Assembly: GCF_020745735.1 (NCBI RefSeq)
Contig: NC_083440.1
Location: 27,547,278-27,611,277 of the forward strand
Source of the DNA: Hemiscyllium ocellatum
Lineage: Eukaryota
Length of the DNA: 64,000 nt
Direction of reading: 5' to 3'
Positions 62,367-64,000 of the stretch are shown in pieces (within the stretch, counting starts at the first letter, position 1; each line of letters starts with the position of its first letter). A program made the position numbers and the translations under genes. The notes below the pieces were generated by a model. That model did not search any database, had not been told where the DNA came from, and worked only from the letters and a program-made list of their open reading frames with translations.

Positions 62367-64000
62367 CAAGCAGGGGGGAGAGAGAGACAGTGAACAGGGA
62401 AGCGAGAGAGAGAGAGCAGGGGAGTGTGAGAGAGAGCAGGGGAGCGAGAGAGAGACAGAGCGCGCGCGCAGGGGAGCGAGAGAGCGCGCGCAGGGGAGCG
62501 AGAGACAGAGCACGCGCACGGGAGCGAGAGAGCGCGCGCAGGGGAGCGAGAGAGAGACAGAGCACGCGCACAGGGGAGCGAGAGAGCGCGCGCAGGGGAG
62601 CGAGAGAGCACGCGCAGGGGAGCGAGAGAGCACGCGCAGGGGAGCGAGAGAGCGCGCGCAGGGGAGCGAGAGAGCGCGCGCAGGGGAGCGAGAGCGAGAG
62701 CAGGGGAGAGCGAGAGCGAGAGCAGGGGAGAGAACGAGAACGGGAGAGCGAGAGCAGGGGAGAGCAAGAGCGAGAGCAGGGGAGAGCGAGAGCGAGAGCA
62801 GGGAGAGAGAGAGAGCGAGAGCAGGGGAGAGCGAGAGCGAGAGCAGGGGAGAGCGAGAGCGAGAGCAGGGGAGAGAGAGAGCGAGAGCAGGGGAGAGCGA
62901 GAGCGAGAGCAGGGGAGAGAGAGAGCGAGAGCAGGGGAGAGAGAGAGCGAGAGCAGGGGAGAGAGAGAGAGCAGGGGAGAGAGAGAGAGCGAGAACAGGG
63001 GAGAGCGAGAGCGAGAGCAGGGGAGAGCGAGAGCGAGAGCAGGGGAGAGCGAGAGCGAGAGCAGGGGAGAGAGAGAGCGAGAGCAGGGGAGAGAGAGAGC
63101 GAGAGCAGGGGAGAGAGAGAGCGCGAGAGCAGGGGAGAGAGCGAGAGCAGGGGAGAGAGAGAGAGCGAGAGCAGGGGAGAGCGAGAGCGAGAACAGGGGA
63201 GAGAGCGAGTGAGAGCAGGGGAGAGCGAGAGCGAGAGCAGGGGAGAGCGAGAGCGAGAGCAGGGGAGAGCGAGAGCGAGAGCAGGGGAGAGAGAGAGCGA
63301 GAGCAGGGGAGAGAGAGAGCGCGAGAGCAGGGGAGAGAGCGAGAGCAGGGGAGAGAGAGAGAGCGAGAGCAGGGGAGAGCGAGAGCGAGAACAGGGGAGA
63401 GAGAGAGCGAGAGCAGGGGAGAGAGAGAGCGAGAGCAGGGGAGAGAGAGAGAGAGAGAGAGCAGGGAAGAGAGAGCGAGAGAGAGAGAGAGAGTGAGAGC
63501 AGGGGAGAGCGAGAGCGAGAGCAGGGGAGAGAGCGAGAGCGAGAGCAGGGGAGAGAGAGAGAGAGAGAGCAGGGAAGAGAGAGTGAGAGAGAGAGAGAGA
63601 GTGAGAGCAGGGGAGAGCGAGAGCGAGAGCAGGGGAGAGAGCGAGAGCGAGAGCAGGGGAGAGAGCGAGAGCAGGGGAGAGCGAGAGCAGGGGAGAGCGA
63701 GAGCGAGAGCAGGGGAGAGAGCGAGAGCGAGAGCGAGAGCAGGGGAGAGCGAGAGCGAGAGCAGGGGAGAGAGAGAGCGAGAGCAGGGGAGAGAGAGAGA
63801 GAGAGAGAGAGAGCAGGGAAGAGAGAGTGAGAGAGAGCAGGGGAGAGATAGAGAGCAGGGGAGAGATAGAGAACAGGGGAGAGAGGAGCAGAGAGTGAGA
63901 GAGACACAGAGAGAGGCAGACAGAGAAAGGGAGAGAGAGACAGACATAGAGAGAGAGGCAGACACAGAGAGAGAGAGAGAGACATAGGCAGAGAGAGAGA
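62335..64000. repeat. (GA)-rich minisatellite (gagcgagagcagggga-type units), running off the window end
   Basis: Direct inspection. Confidence 0.95.

Noticed and set aside
62069-63987. Arg/Glu-rich and Ser/Leu-rich long ORFs (also at 54.9-56.1 kb and 59.2-60.4 kb)
   Set aside because: These are translations of GA-, GC- and C-rich repeats; only the embedded short segments at 62188-62298, 60123-60179 and 54928-55006 are real exons.

Overview
Vertebrate genomic DNA, very probably from an elasmobranch. The HE1-type SINEs, CR1/L2 LINEs and Penelope-like elements are typical of sharks; a carpet shark is my inference. By my rough count about 45% of the window is tandem repeat, and there are five short N gaps. 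Three spliced genes can be read by hand. (1) Plus strand: a partial B7-family (CD80/CD86/ICOSL-like) gene with a signal-peptide exon, one IgV exon and a Thr-rich stalk exon; I found no IgC or transmembrane exon. (2) Minus strand: an intact two-exon GPR139/GPR142-like class A GPCR whose N-terminus is built from a 42-bp coding repeat rich in N-glycosylation sequons, with a decayed paralog fragment just downstream. (3) Minus strand: the last seven coding exons of a ZFP91-like C2H2 zinc-finger gene, all in phase with GT-AG junctions. The largest feature is a ~9.8-kb array of a 15-bp unit containing a 3,105-bp higher-order duplication. One of its frames reads (GHGNY)n but has recurrent stops; its two giant ORFs (MDTVT and SIVTV) are best explained by base composition. 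Several minisatellites visibly grew out of transposon sequence (a 53-bp SINE unit at four loci, a 41-bp unit inside a Penelope element), and a 32-bp array carries one RFX X-box-like motif per unit. There are no rRNA, tRNA or CRISPR features. I see no clearly demonstrable new biological system; the best candidates are listed with tests.
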